Below, one piece after another: positions 12,801-26,869 of a DNA stretch of 64,000 nucleotides. The position numbers and the translations under genes were made by a program. Source of the DNA: the human T2T-CHM13v2.0 reference genome, Homo sapiens; assembly GCF_009914755.1 (NCBI RefSeq), contig NC_060944.1; one strand, given 5' to 3'. The notes under the pieces are model-generated. The model made no database searches. It was not told the DNA's origin and was given only the letters and a program-made list of their open reading frames with translations. The first letter of the stretch is position 1. Each line of letters begins with the position of its first letter.

Positions 12801-15800
12801 AACATTCCCTTTCATACAGCAGTTTTCAAACACTCTTTTTGTAGTATCTGGAAGTGGACCTTTGGAGCGCTTTGAGGCCTAGGGTGAAAAAGGAAATATC
12901 CTCACCTAAAAACTAGACAGAAGCATTCTCAGAAACTTCTTTGTGTTGTGTGTAGTCAACTCACAGAGTTGAACCTTTCTTTTGATACAGCACTTTTGAA
13001 ACACTCTTTTTGTAGAATCTGCAAGTGGTTATTTGGATAGCTTTGAGGCTTTGATTGGAAACGGGAATATCTTCACATAAAAACTAGACAGAAGCATTCT
13101 CAGAAACTTCTTTATGAAGTTTGCATTCAACTCACAGAGTTGAAGTTTCCGTTCCATACAGCAGTTTTGAAACTCTCTTTTTCTAGAATCTGTAAGTGGA
13201 AACTTGGAGCGCTTCGAGGCCTATGGTGGAAAAGGGAATATCTTCCCATAAAAAGTAGACAGAAGAATTCTCAGTAACTACTTTGTGATGTGTGTACTCA
13301 ACTCACAGAGTTGAACTTTTCTTTTGAAAGAGAAGTTTTGAAACACTCTTTTTGTAGAATCTGCAAATGGGTATTTAGCCTGCTTTGAGGCCTTCATTGG
13401 AAACGGGAATATCTTCACATAAAACTAGACAGAAGCATTCTCAGAAACTTCGTTGTGATGTGTGCATTCAACTCCCAGAGTTGAAGCTCTCTTTTGATAG
13501 AGCAGTTCTGAAACAATCTTTTTGTGGTATCTGGAAGTGGACGTTTGGAGCGATTCGAGGCCTATGGTGAAAAAGGCAATATCTTCACCTAAAAATTAGA
13601 CAGAAGCATTCTCAGAAACTGCTTTGTGATATGTGTAGTCAACTCACAGATTTGAAACGTGGTTTTGATGCAGCAGTTTTGAAACACTCTTTTTGTTAGA
13701 ATCTTCAAGTGGATATTTGGATAGCTTTGAGGCTTTCATTGGAAACGGGAATATCTACACATAAGAACTAGACAGAAGCATTCTCAGAAAGTTCTTTATG
13801 AAGTTCGCATTCAACTCACAGAGTTGTACCTTCCTTTTCACACAGCAGTTTTGAGACATTCTTTTTGTAGAATCTGCAAGTGGACATTTGGAGTGATTTG
13901 AGACTTAGGGTGAAAAAGGGATATCTTCCCATAAAAAGTTGACAGAAGCATTCTCAGAAACGACTTTCTGATTTGTGTACTCAACTCACAGAGTTAAACC
14001 TTTCCTTTGATACAGCAGTTTGGAAACACTCTTCTTGTAGAATTTACAAGCGGATATAAGGACTGCAGTGATTAATTCATCGGAAACGGAATATCTTCAC
14101 ATAAAAGTAGACAGAAGCATTCTCAGAAAGTTCTTTGTAATGTGTGCATTCAACTCACAGAGTTGAAACTTTCTTTTGATAGAGCAGATTGGAAGCCCTC
14201 TTTTTGTAGAATTTGCAAGTGGATATCTGGACAGCTTTGAGGCCTTCCCTGGAAACGAGTGTATCTTCACATAAACACTAGACAGAAGCATCCTCAGAAA
14301 CTTGTTGGTGATGCTTGCATTCAACTCACAGAATTGAACATTTCTTTTCCTAGAGCAGTTTTGAAACACTCTTTTTGTAGTATCTGGAAGTGGACAGTTG
14401 GAGCACTTTGAGGCCTAGGGTGAAAAAGGAAATATCTTCACATAAAAACTAGACAGAAGCATTCTCTGAAACTTCTTGGTTATGTGTGTACTCAACTCAC
14501 AGAGTTGAACTTATCTTCTCATAGATCAGATTTGAAACCCTCTTTTTGTAGAGTCTGCAAGTGCATATTTGGATAGCTTTGAGGATTTCATTGGAAACGG
14601 GAATATCTTCCCATAAAAACTAGAAAGAAGCATTCTCAGAAACTTCTTTGTGATGCTTGCATTCAACTCACTGAGTTGAACATTCCCTTTCATACAGCAG
14701 TTCTCAAACACTCTTTTTGTAGTATCTGGAAGTGGACCTTTGGAGCGCTTTGAGGCCTAGGGTGAAAAAGGAAATATCCTCACCTAAAAACTAGACAGAA
14801 GCATTCTCAGAAACTTCTTTGTGATGTGTGTAGTCAACTCACAGAGTTGAACCTTTCTTTTGATACAGCACTTTTGAAACACTCTTTTTGTAGAATCTGC
14901 AAGTGGTTATTTGGATAGCTTTGAGGCTTTGATTGGAAACGGGAATATCTTCACATAAAAACTAGACAGAAGCATTCTCAGAAACTTCTTTATGAAGTTT
15001 GCATTCAACTCACAGAGTTGAACTTTCCGTTCCATACAGCAGTTTTGAAACTCTCTTTTTCTAGAATCTGTAAGTGGAAACTTGGAGCGCTTCGAGGCCT
15101 ATGGTGGAAAAGGGAATATCTTCCCATAAAAAGTAGACAGAAGAATTCTCAGTAACTACTTTGTGATGTGTGTACTCAACTCACAGAGTTGAACTTTTCT
15201 TTTGAAAGAGAAGTTTTGAAACACTCTTTTTGTAGAATCTGCAAATGGGTATTTAGCCTGCTTTGAGGCCTTCATTGGAAACGGGAATATCTTCACATAA
15301 AACTAGACAGAAGCATTCTCAGAAACTTCGTTGTGATGTGTGCATTCAACTCCCAGAGTTGAAGCTCTCTTTTGATAGAGCAGTTCTGAAACAATCTTTT
15401 TGTGGTATCTGGAAGTGGACGTTTGGAGCGATTCGAGGCCTATGGTGAAAAAGGCAATATCTTCACCTAAAAATTAGACAGAAGAATTCTCAGAAACTGC
15501 TTTGTGATATGTGTAGTCAACTCACAGATTTGAAACTTGGTTTTGATGCAGCAGTTTTGAAACACTCTTTTTGTTAGAATCTTCAAGTGGATATTTGGAT
15601 AGCTTTGAGGCTTTCAATGGAAACGGGAATATCTACATATAAGAACTAGACAGAAGCATTCTCAGAAAGTTCTTTATGAAGTTCGCATTCAACTCACAGA
15701 GTTGTACCTTCCTTTTCACACAGCAGTTTTGAGACATTCTTTTTGTAGAATCTGCAAGTGGACATTTGGAGTGATTTGAGACTTAGGGTGAAAATGGGAT

Positions 15801-18800
15801 ATCTTCCCATAAAAAGTTGACAGAAGCATTCTCAGAAACGACTTTCTGATTTGTGTACTCAACTCACAGAGTTAAACCTTTCCTCTGATACAGCAGTTTG
15901 GAAACACTCTTCTTGTAGAATTTACAAGCGGATATAAGGACAGCAGTGAGGAATTCATCCGAAACGGAATATCTTCACATAAAAGTAGACAGAAGCATTC
16001 TCAGAAAGTCCTTTGTAATGTGTGCATTCAACTCACAGAGTTGAAACTTTCTTTTGATAGAGCAGATTGGAAGCCCTCTTTTTGTAGAATTTGAAAGTGG
16101 ATATCTGGACAGCTTTGAGGCCTTCCCTGGAAACGAGTGTATCTTCACATAAACACTAGACAGAAGCATCCTCAGAAACTTGTTGGTGATGCTTGCATTC
16201 AACTCACAGAATTGAACATTTCTTTTCCTAGAGCAGTTTTGAAACACTCTTTTTGTAGTATCTGGAAGTGGACAGTTGGAGCACTTTGAGGCCTAGGGTG
16301 AAAAAGGAAATATCTTCACATAAAAACTAGACAGAAGCATTCTCTGAAACTTCTTGGTTATGTGTGTACTCAACTGACAGAGTTGAACTTTTCTTCTCAT
16401 AGATCAGATTTGAAACCCTCTTTTTGTAGAGTCTGCAAGTGCATATTTGGATAGCTTTGAGGATTTCATTGGAAACGGGAATATCTTCCCATAAAAACTA
16501 GAAAGAAGCATTCTCAGAAACTTCTTTGTGATGCTTGCATTCAACTCACTGAGTTGAACATTCCCTTTCATACAGCAGTTCTCAAACACTCTTTTTGTAG
16601 TATCTGGAAGTGGACCTTTGGAGCGCTTTGAGGCCTAGGGTGAAAAAGGGAATATCCTCACCTAAAAACTAGACAGAAGCATTCTCAGAAACTTCTTTGT
16701 GATGTGTGTAGTCAACTCACAGAGTTGAACCTTTCTTTTGATACAGCACTTTTGAAACACTCTTTTTGTAGAATCTGCAAGTGGTTATTTGGATAGCTTT
16801 GAGGCTTTGATTGGAAACGGGAATATCTTCACATAAAAACTAGACAGAAGCATTCTCAGAAACTTCTCTATGAAGTTTGCATTCAACTCACAGAGTTGAC
16901 GTTTCCGTTCCATACAGCAGTTTTGAAACTCTCTTTTTCTAGAATCTGTAAGTGGAAACTTGGAGCGCTTCGAGGCCTATGGTGAAAAAGGGAATATCTT
17001 CCCATAAAAAGTAGACAGAAGAATTCTCAGTAACTACTTTGTGATGTGTGTACTCAACTCACAGAGTTGAACTTTTCTTTTGAAAGAGAAGTTTTGAAAC
17101 ACTCTTTTTGTAGAATCTGCAAATGGGTATTTAGCCTGCTTTGAGGCCTTCATTGGAAACGGGAATATCTTCACATAAAACTAGACAGAAGCATTCTCAG
17201 AAACTTCGTTGTGATGTGTGCATTCAACTCCCAGAGTTGAAGCTCTCTTTTGATAGAGCAGTTCTGAAACAATCTTTTTGTGGTATCTGGAAGTGGACGT
17301 TTGGAGCGATTCGAGGCCTATGGTGAAAAAGGCAATATCTTCACCTAAAAATTAGACAGAAGCATTCTCAGAAACTGCTTTGTGATATGTGTAGTCAACT
17401 CACAGATTTGAAACTTGGTTTTGATGCAGCAGTTTTGAAACACTCTTTTTGTTAGAATCTTCAAGTGGATATTTGGATAGCTTTGAGGCTTTCATTGGAA
17501 ACGGGAATATCTACACATAAGAACTAGACAGAAGCATTCTCAGAAAGTTCTTTATGAAGTTCGCATTCAACTCACAGAGTTGTACCTTCCTTTTCACACA
17601 GCAGTTTTGAGACATTCTTTTTGTAGAATCTGCAAGTGGACATTTGGAGTGATTTGAGACTTAGGGTGAAAAAGAGATATCTTCCCATAAAAAGTTGACA
17701 GAAGCATTCTCAGAAACGACTTTCTGATTTGTGTACTCAACTCACAGAGTTAAACCTTTCCTTTGATACAGCAGTTTGGAAACACTCTTCTTGTAGAATT
17801 TACAAGCGGATATAAGGACAGCAGTGAGGAATTCATCGGAAACGGAATATCTTCACATAAAAGTAGACAGAAGCATTCTCAGAAAGTTCTTTGTAATGTG
17901 TGCATTCAACTCACAGAGTTGAAACTTTCTTTTGATAGAGCAGATTGGAAGCCCTCTTTTTGTAGAATTTGCAAGTGGATATCTGGACAGCTTTGAGGCC
18001 TTCCCTGGAAACGAGTGTATCTTCACATAATCACTAGACAGAAGCATCCTCAGAAATTTGTTGGTGATGCTTGCATTCAACTCACAGAAATGAACATTTC
18101 TTTTCCTAGAGCAGTTTTGAAACACTCTTTTTGTAGTATCTGGAAGTGGACAGTTGGAGCACTTTGAGGCCTAGGGTGAAAAAGGAAATATCTTCACATA
18201 AAAACTAGACAGAAGCATTCTCTGAAACTTCTTGGTTATGTGTGTACTCAACTCACAGAGTTGAACTTATCTTCTCATAGATCAGATTTGAAACCCTCTT
18301 TTTGTAGAGTCTGCAAGTGCATATTTGGATAGCTTTGAGGATTTCATTGGAAACGGGAATATCTTCCCATAAAAACTAGAAAGAAGCATTCTCAGAAACT
18401 TCTTTGTGATGCTTGCATTCAACTCACTGAGTTGAACATTCCCTTTCATACAGCAGTTCTCAAACACTCTTTTTGTAGTATCTGGAAGTGGACCTTTGGA
18501 GCGCTTTGAGGCCTATGGTGAAAAAGGAAATATCCTCACCTAAAAACTAGACAGAAGCATTCTCAGAAACTTCTTTGTGATGTGTGTAGTCAACTCACAG
18601 AGTTGAACCTTTCTTTTGATACAGCACTTTTGAAACACTCTTTTTGTAGAATCTGCAAGTGGTTATTTGGATAGCTTTGAGGCTTTGATTGGAAACGGGA
18701 ATATCTTCACATAAAAACTAGACAGAAGCATTCTCAGAAACTTCTTTATGAAGTTTGCATTCAACTCACAGAGTTGAAGTTTCCGTTCCATACAGCAGTT

Positions 18801-21800
18801 TTGAAACTCTCTTTTTCTAGAATCTGTAAGTGGAAACTTGGAGCGCTTCGAGGCCTATGGTGGAAAAGGGAATATCTTCCCATAAAAAGTAGACAGAAGA
18901 ATTCTCAGTAACTACTTTGTGATGTGTGTACTCAACTCACAGAGTTGAACTTTTCTTTTGAAAGAGAAGTTTTGAAACACTCTTTTTGTAGAATCTGCAA
19001 ATGGGTATTTAGCCTGCTTTGAGGCCTTCATTGGAAACGGGAATATCTTCACATAAAACTAGACAGAACCATTCTCAGAAACTTCGTTGTGATGTGTGCA
19101 TTCAACTCCCAGAGTTGAAGCTCTCTTTTGATAGAGCAGTTCTGAAACAATCTTTTTGTGGTATCTGGAAGTGGACGTTTGGAGCGATTCGAGGCCTATG
19201 GTGAAAAAGGCAATATCTTCACCTAAAAATTAGACAGAAGCATTCTCAGAAACTGCTTTGTGATATGTGTAGTCAACTCGCAGATTTGAAACGTGGTTTT
19301 GATGCAGCAGTTTTGAAACACTCTTTTTGTTAGAATCTTCAAGTGGATATTTGGATAGCTTTGAGGATTTCATTGGAAACGGGAATATCTACACATAAGA
19401 ACTAGACAGAAGCATTCTCAGAAAGTTCTTTATGAAGTTCGCATTCAACTCACAGAGTTGTACCTTCCTTTTCACACAGCAGTTTTGAGACATTCTTTTT
19501 GTAGAATCTGCAAGTGGACATTTGGAGTGATTTGAGACTTAGGGTGAAAAAGGGATATCTTCCCATAAAAAGTTGACAGAAGCATTCTCAGAAACGACTT
19601 TCTGATTTGTGTACTCAACTCACAGAGTTAAACCTTTCCTTTGATACAGCAGTTTGGAAACACTCTTCTTGTAGAATTTACAAGCGGATATAAGGACTGC
19701 AGTGAGGAATTCATCGGAAACGGAATATCTTCACATAAAAGTAGACAGAAGCATTCTCAGAAAGTTCTTTGTAATGTGTGCATTCAACTCACAGAGTTGA
19801 AACTTTCTTTTGATAGAGCAGATTGGAAGCCCTCTTTTTGTAGAATTTGAAAGTGGATATCTGGACAGCTTTGAGGCCTTCCCTGGAAACGAGTGTATCT
19901 TCACATAAACACTAGACAGAAGCATCCTCAGAAACTTGTTGGTGATGCTTGCATTCAACTCACAGAATTGAACATTTCTTTTCCTAGAGCAGTTTTGAAA
20001 CACTCTTTTTGTAGTATCTGGAAGTGGACAGTTGGAGCACTTTGAGGCCTAGGGTGAAAAAGGAAATATCTTCACATAAAAACTAGACAGAAGCATTCTC
20101 TGAAACTTCTTGGTTATGTGTGTACTCAACTCACAGAGTTGAACTTATCTTCTCATAGATCAGATTTGAAACGCTCTTTTTGTAGAGTCTGCAAGTGCAT
20201 ATTTGGATAGCTTTGAGGATTTCATTGGAAACGGGAATATCTTCCCATAAAAATTAGAAAGAAGCATTCTCAGAAACTTCTTTGTGATGCTTGCATTCAA
20301 CTCACTGAGTTGAACATTCCCTTTCATACAGCAGTTCTCAAACACTCTTTTTGTAGTATCTGGAAGTGGACCTTTGGAGCGCTTTGAGGCCTAGGGTGAA
20401 AAAGGAAATATCCTCACCTAAAAACTAGACAGAAGCATTCTCAGAAACTTCTTTGTGATGTGTGTAGTCAACTCACAGAGTTGAACCTTTCTTTTGATAC
20501 AGCACTTTTGAAACACTCTTTTTGTAGAATCTGCAAGTGGTTATTTGGATAGCTTTGAGGCTTTGATTGGAAACGGGAATATCTTCACATAAAAACTAGA
20601 CAGAAGCATTCTCAGAAACTTCTTTATGAAGTTTGCATTCAACTCACAGAGTTGAAATTTCCGTTCCATACAGCAGTTTTGAAACTCTCTTTTTCTAGAA
20701 TCTGTAAGTGGAAACTTGGAGCGCTTCGAGGCCTATGGTGAAAAAGGGAATATCTTCCCATAAAAAGTAGACAGAAGAATTCTCAGTAACTACTTTGTGA
20801 TGTGTGTACTCAACTCACAGAGTTGAACTTTTCTTTTGAAAGAGAAGTTTTGAAACACTCTTTTTGTAGAATCTGCAAATGGGTATTTAGCCTGCTTTGA
20901 GGCCTTCATTGGAAACGGGAATATCTTCACATAAAACTGGACAGAAGCATTCTCAGAAACTTCGTTGTGATGTGTGCATTCAACTCCCAGAATTGAAGCT
21001 CTCTTTTGATAGAGCAGTTCTGAAACAATCTTTTTGTGGTATCTGGAAGTGGACGTTTGGAGCGATTCGAGGCCTATGGTGAAAAAGGCAATATCTTCAC
21101 CTAAAAATTAGACAGAAGCATTCTCAGAAACTGCTTTGTGATATGTGTAGTCAACTCACAGATTTGAAACGTGGTTTTGATGCAGCAGTTTTGAAACACT
21201 CTTTTTGTTAGAATCTTCAAGTGGATATTTGGATAGCTTTGAGGATTTCATTGGAAACGGGAATATCTACACATAAGAACTAGACAGAAGCATTCTCAGA
21301 AAGTTCTTTATGAAGTTCGCATTCAACTCACAGAGTTGTACCTTCCTTTTCACACAGCAGTTTTGAGACATTCTTTTTGTAGAATCTGCAAGTGGACATT
21401 TGGAGTGATTTGAGACTTAGGGTGAAAAAGGGATATCTTCCCATAAAAAGTTGACAGAAGCATTCTCAGAAACGACTTTCTGATTTGTGTACTCAACTCA
21501 CAGAGTTAAACCTTTCCTTTGATACAGCAGTTTGGAAACACTCTTCTTGTAGAATTTACAAGCGGATATAAGGACTGCAGTGAGGAATTCATCGGAAACG
21601 GAATATCTTCACATAAAAGTAGACAGAAGCATTCTCAGAAAGTCCTTTGTAATGTGTGCATTCAACTCACAGAGTTGAAACTTTCTTTTGATAGAGCAGA
21701 TTGGAAGCCCTCTTTTTGTAGAATTTGCAAGTGGATATCTGGACAGCTTTGAGGCCTTCCCTGGAAACGAGTGTATCTTCACATAAACACTAGACAGAAG

Positions 21801-22773
21801 CATCCTCAGAAACTTGTTGGTGATGCTTGCATTCAACTCACAGAATTGAACATTTCTTTTCCTAGAGCAGTTTTGAAACACTCTTTTTGTAGTATGTGGA
21901 AGTGGACAGTTGGAGCACTTTGAGGCTTAGGGTGAAAAAGGAAATATCTTCACATAAAAACTAGACAGAAGCATTCTCTGAAACTTCTTGGTTATGTGTG
22001 TACTCAACTCACAGAGTTGAACTTATCTTCTCATAGATCAGATTTGAAACCCTCTTTTTGTAGAGTCTGCAAGTGCATATTTGGATAGCTTTGAGGATTT
22101 CATTGGAAACGGAATATCTTCCCATAAAAACTAGAAAGAAGCATTCTCAGAAACTTCTTTGTGATGCTTGCATTCAACTCACTGAGTTGAACATTCCCTT
22201 TCATACAGCAGTTCTCAAACACTCTTTTTGTAGTATCTGGAAGTGGACCTTTGGAGCGCTTTGAGGCCTAGGGTGAAAAAGGGAATATCCTCACCTAAAA
22301 ACTAGACAGAAGCATTCTCAGAAACTTCTTTGTGATGTGTGTAGTCAACTCACAGAGTTGAACCTTTCTTTTGATACAGCACTTTTGAAACACTCTTTTT
22401 GTAGAATCTGCAAGTGGTTATTTGGATAGCTTTGAGGCTTTGATTGGAAACGGGAATATCTTCACATAAAAACTAGACAGAAGCATTCTCAGAAACTTCT
22501 CTATGAAGTTTGCATTCAACTCACAGAGTTGAAGTTTCCGTTCCATACAGCAGTTTTGAAACTCTCTTTTTCTAGAATCTGTAAGTGGAAACTTGGAGCG
22601 CTTCGAGGCCTATGGTGAAAAAGGGAATATCTTCCCATAAAAAGTAGACAGAAGAATTCTCAGTAACTACTTTGTGATGTGTGTACTCAACTCACAGAGT
22701 TGAACTTTTCTTTTGAAAGAGAAGTTTTGAAACACTCTTTTTGTAGAATCTGCAAATGGGTATTTAGCCTGCT

Positions 22774-24992
22774 TTGAGGCCTTCATTGGAAACGGGAATA
22801 TCTTCACATAAAACTAGACAGAAGCATTCTCAGAAACTTCGTTGTGATGTGTGCATTCAACTCCCAGAGTTGAAGCTCTCTTTTGATAGAGCAGTTCTGA
22901 AACAATCTTTTTGTGGTATCTGGAAGTGGACGTTTGGAGCGATTCGAGGCCTATGGTGAAAAAGGCAATATCTTCACCTAAAAATTAGACAGAAGCATTC
23001 TCAGAAACTGCTTTGTGATATGTGTAGTCAACTCACAGATTTGAAACTTGGTTTTGATGCAGCAGTTTTGAAACACTCTTTTTGTTAGAATCTTCAAGTG
23101 GATATTTGGATAGCTTTGAGGCTTTCATTGGAAACGGGAATATCTACACATAAGAACTAGACAGAAGCATTCTCAGAAAGTTCTTTATGAAGTTCGCATT
23201 CAACTCACAGAGTTGTACCTTCCTTTTCACACAGCAGTTTTGAGACATTCTTTTTGTAGAATCTGCAAGTGGACATTTGGAGTGATTTGAGACTTAGGGT
23301 GAAAAAGGGATATCTTCCCATAAAAAGTTGACAGAAGCATTCTCAGAAACGACTTTCTGATTTGTGTACTCAACTCACAGAGTTAAACCTTTCCTTTGAT
23401 ACAGCAGTTTGGAAACACTCTTCTTGTAGAATTTACAAGCGGATATAAGGACTGCAGTGAGGAATTCATCGGAAACGGAATATCTTCACATAAAAGTAGA
23501 CAGAAGCATTCTCAGAAAGTTCTTTGTAATGTGTGCATTCAACTCACAGAGTTGAAACTTTCTTTTGATAGAGCAGATTGGAAGCCCTCTTTTTGTAGAA
23601 TTTGCAAGTGGATATCTGGACAGCTTTGAGGCCTTCCCTGGAAACGAGTGTATCTTCACATAATCACTAGACAGAAGCATCCTCAGAAACTTGTTGGTGA
23701 TGCTTGCATTCAACTCACAGAATTGAACATTTCTTTTCCTAGAGCAGTTTTGAAACACTCTTTTTGTAGTATCTGGAAGTGGACAGTTGGAGCACTTTGA
23801 GGCCTAGGGTGAAAAAGGAAATATCTTCACATAAAAACTAGACAGAAGCATTCTCTGAAACTTCTTGGTTATGTGTGTACTCAACTCACAGAGTTGAACT
23901 TATCTTCTCATAGATCAGATTTGAAACCCTCTTTTTGTAGAGTCTGCAAGTGCATATATGGATAGCTTTGAGGATTTCATTGGAAACGGGAATATCTTCC
24001 CATAAAAACTAGAAAGAAGCATTCTCAGAAACTTCTTTGTGATGCTTGCATTCAACTCACTGAGTTGAACATTCCCTTTCATACAGCAGTTCTCAAACAC
24101 TCTTTTTGTAGTATCTGGAAGTGGACCTTTGGAGCGCTTTGAGGCCTAGGGTGAAAAAGGAAATATCCTCACCTAAAAACTAGACAGAAGCATTCTCAGA
24201 AACTTCTTTGTGATGTGTGTAGTCAACTCACAGAGTTGAACCTTTCTTTTGATACAGCACTTTTGAAACACTCTTTTTGTAGAATCTGCAAGTGGTTATT
24301 TGGATAGCTTTGAGGCTTTGATTGGAAACGGGAATATCTTCACAGAAAAACTAGACAGAAGCATTCTCAGAAACTTCTCTATGAAGTTTGCATTCAACTC
24401 ACAGAGTTGAACTTTCCGTTCCATACAGCAGTTTTGAAACTCTCTTTTTCTAGAATCTGTAAGTGGAAACTTGGAGCGCTTCGAGGCCTATTTTGAAAAA
24501 GGGAATATCTTCCCATAAAAAGTAGACAGAAGAATTCTCAATAACTACTTTGTGATGTGTGTACTCAACTCACAGAGTTGAACTTTTCTTTTGAAAGAGA
24601 AGTTTTGAAACACTCTTTTTGGAGAATCTGCAAATGGGTATTTAGCCTGCTTTGAAGCCTTCACTGGAAACGGGAATATCTTCACATAAAACTAGACAGA
24701 AGCATTCTCAGAAACTTCTTTATGAAGTTTGCATTCAACTCACAGAGTTGAACTTTCCATTCCATACAGCAGTTTTGAAACTCTCTTTTTGTAGAATCTG
24801 TAAGTGGAAACTTGGAGCGCTTCGAGGCCTATGGTGAAAAAGGGAATATCTTCCCATAAAAAGTAGACAGAAGAATGCTCAGTAACTACTTTGTGATGTG
24901 TGTACTCAACTCACAGAGTTGAACTTTTCTTTTGAAAGAGAAGTTTTGAAACACTCTTTTTGTAGAATCTGCAAATGGGTATTTAGCCTGCT
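22774..24992 (+). repeat. 13-mer HOR structural variant (2219 bp), copy 1, with a tandemly repeated dimer at 24352-24692 / 24693-25033
   Basis: Anchor spacing 22774->24993 is 1878+341. The monomers 'CTT..TATGAAGTTTGC' and 'GAA(T/G)TCTCA.TAACTAC' occur twice in succession. A chimeric ORF appears at 24652. Confidence 0.93.
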
Positions 24993-26869
24993 TTGAGGCC
25001 TTCATTGGAAACGGGACTATCTTCACATAAAACTAGACAGAAGCATTCTCAGAAACTTCGTTGTGATGTGTGCATTCAACTCCCAGAGTTGAACCTCTCT
25101 TTTGATAGAGCAATTCTGAAGCAATCTTTTTGTGGTATCTGGAAGTGGACGTCTGGAGCGATTCGAGGCCTATGGTGAAAAAGGCAATATCTTCACCTAA
25201 AAACTAGACGGAAGCATTCTCAGAAACTGCTTTGTGATATGTGTAGTCAATTCACGGAGTTGAAACTTGGTTTTGATGCAGCAGTTTTGAAACACTCTTT
25301 TTGTTAGAATCTTCAAGTGGATATTTGGATAGCTTTGAGGCTTTCATTGGAAACGGGAATATCTACACATAAGAACTAGACAGAAGCATTCTCAGAAAGT
25401 TCTTTATGAAGTTCGCATTCAACTCACAGAGTTGTACCTTCCTTTTCACACAGCAGTTTTGAGACATTCTTTTTGTAGAATCTGCAAGTGGACATTTGGA
25501 GTGATTTGAGACTTAGGGTGAAAAAGGGATATCTTCCCATAAAAAGTTGACAGAAGCATTCTCAGAAACGACTTTCTGATTTGTGTACTCAACTCACAGA
25601 GTTAAACCTTTCCTTTGATACAGCAGTTTGGAAACACTCTTCTTGTAGAATTTACAAGCGGATATAAGGACAGCAGTGAGGAATTCATCGGATACGGAAT
25701 ATCTTCACATAAAAGTAGACAGAAGCATTCTCAGAAAGTTCTTTGTAATGTGTGCATTCAACTCACAGAGTTGAAACTTTCTTTTGATAGAGCAGATTGG
25801 AAGCCCTCTTTTTGTAGAATTTGCAAGTGGATATCTGGACAGCTTTGAGGCCTTCCCTGGAAACGAGTGTATCTTCACATAAACACTAGACAGAAGCATC
25901 CTCAGAAACTTGTTGGTGATGCTTGCATTCAACTCACAGAATTGAACATTTCTTTTCCTAGAGCAGTTTTGAAACACTCTTTTTGTAGTATCTGGAAGTG
26001 GACAGTTGGAGCACTTTGAGGCCTAGGGTGAAAAAGGAAATATCTTCACATAAAAACTAGACAGAAGCATTCTCTGAAACTTCTTGGTTACGTGTGTACT
26101 CAACTCACAGAGTTGAACTTATCTTCTCATAGATCAGATTTGAAACCCTCTTTTTGTAGAGTCTGCAAGTGCATATTTGGATAGCTTTGAGGATTTCATT
26201 GGAAACGGGAATATCTTCCCATAAAAACTAGAAAGAAGCATTCTCAGAAACTTCTTTGTGATGCTTGCATTCAACTCACTGAGTTGAATATTCCCTTTCA
26301 TACAGCAGTTTTCAAACACTCTTTTTGTAGTATCTGGAAGTGGACCTTTGGAGCGCTTTGAGGCCTAGGGTGAAAAAGGAAATATCCTCACCTAAAAACT
26401 AGACAGAAGCATTCTCAGAAACTTCTTTGTGATGTGTGTAGTCAACTCACAGAGTTGAACCTTTCTTTTGATACAGCACTTTTGAAACACTCTTTTTGTA
26501 GAATCTGCAAGTGGTTATTTTGATAGCTTTGAGGCTTTGATTGGAAACGGGAATATCTTCACATAAAACTAGACAGAAGCATTCTCAGAAACTTCTTTAT
26601 GAAGTTTGCATTCACCTCACAGAGTTGAACTTTCCATTCCATACAGCAGTTTTGAAACTCTCTTTTTGTAGAATCTGTAAGTGGAAACTTGGAGCGCTTC
26701 GAGGCCTATGGTGAAAAAGGGAATATCTTGCCATAAAAAGTAGACAGAAGAATTCTCAGTAACTACTTTGTGATGTGTGTACTCAACTCACAGAGTTGAA
26801 CTTTTCTTTTGAAAGAGAAGTTTTGAAACACTCTTTTTGTAGAATCTGCAAATGGGTATTTAGCCTGCT

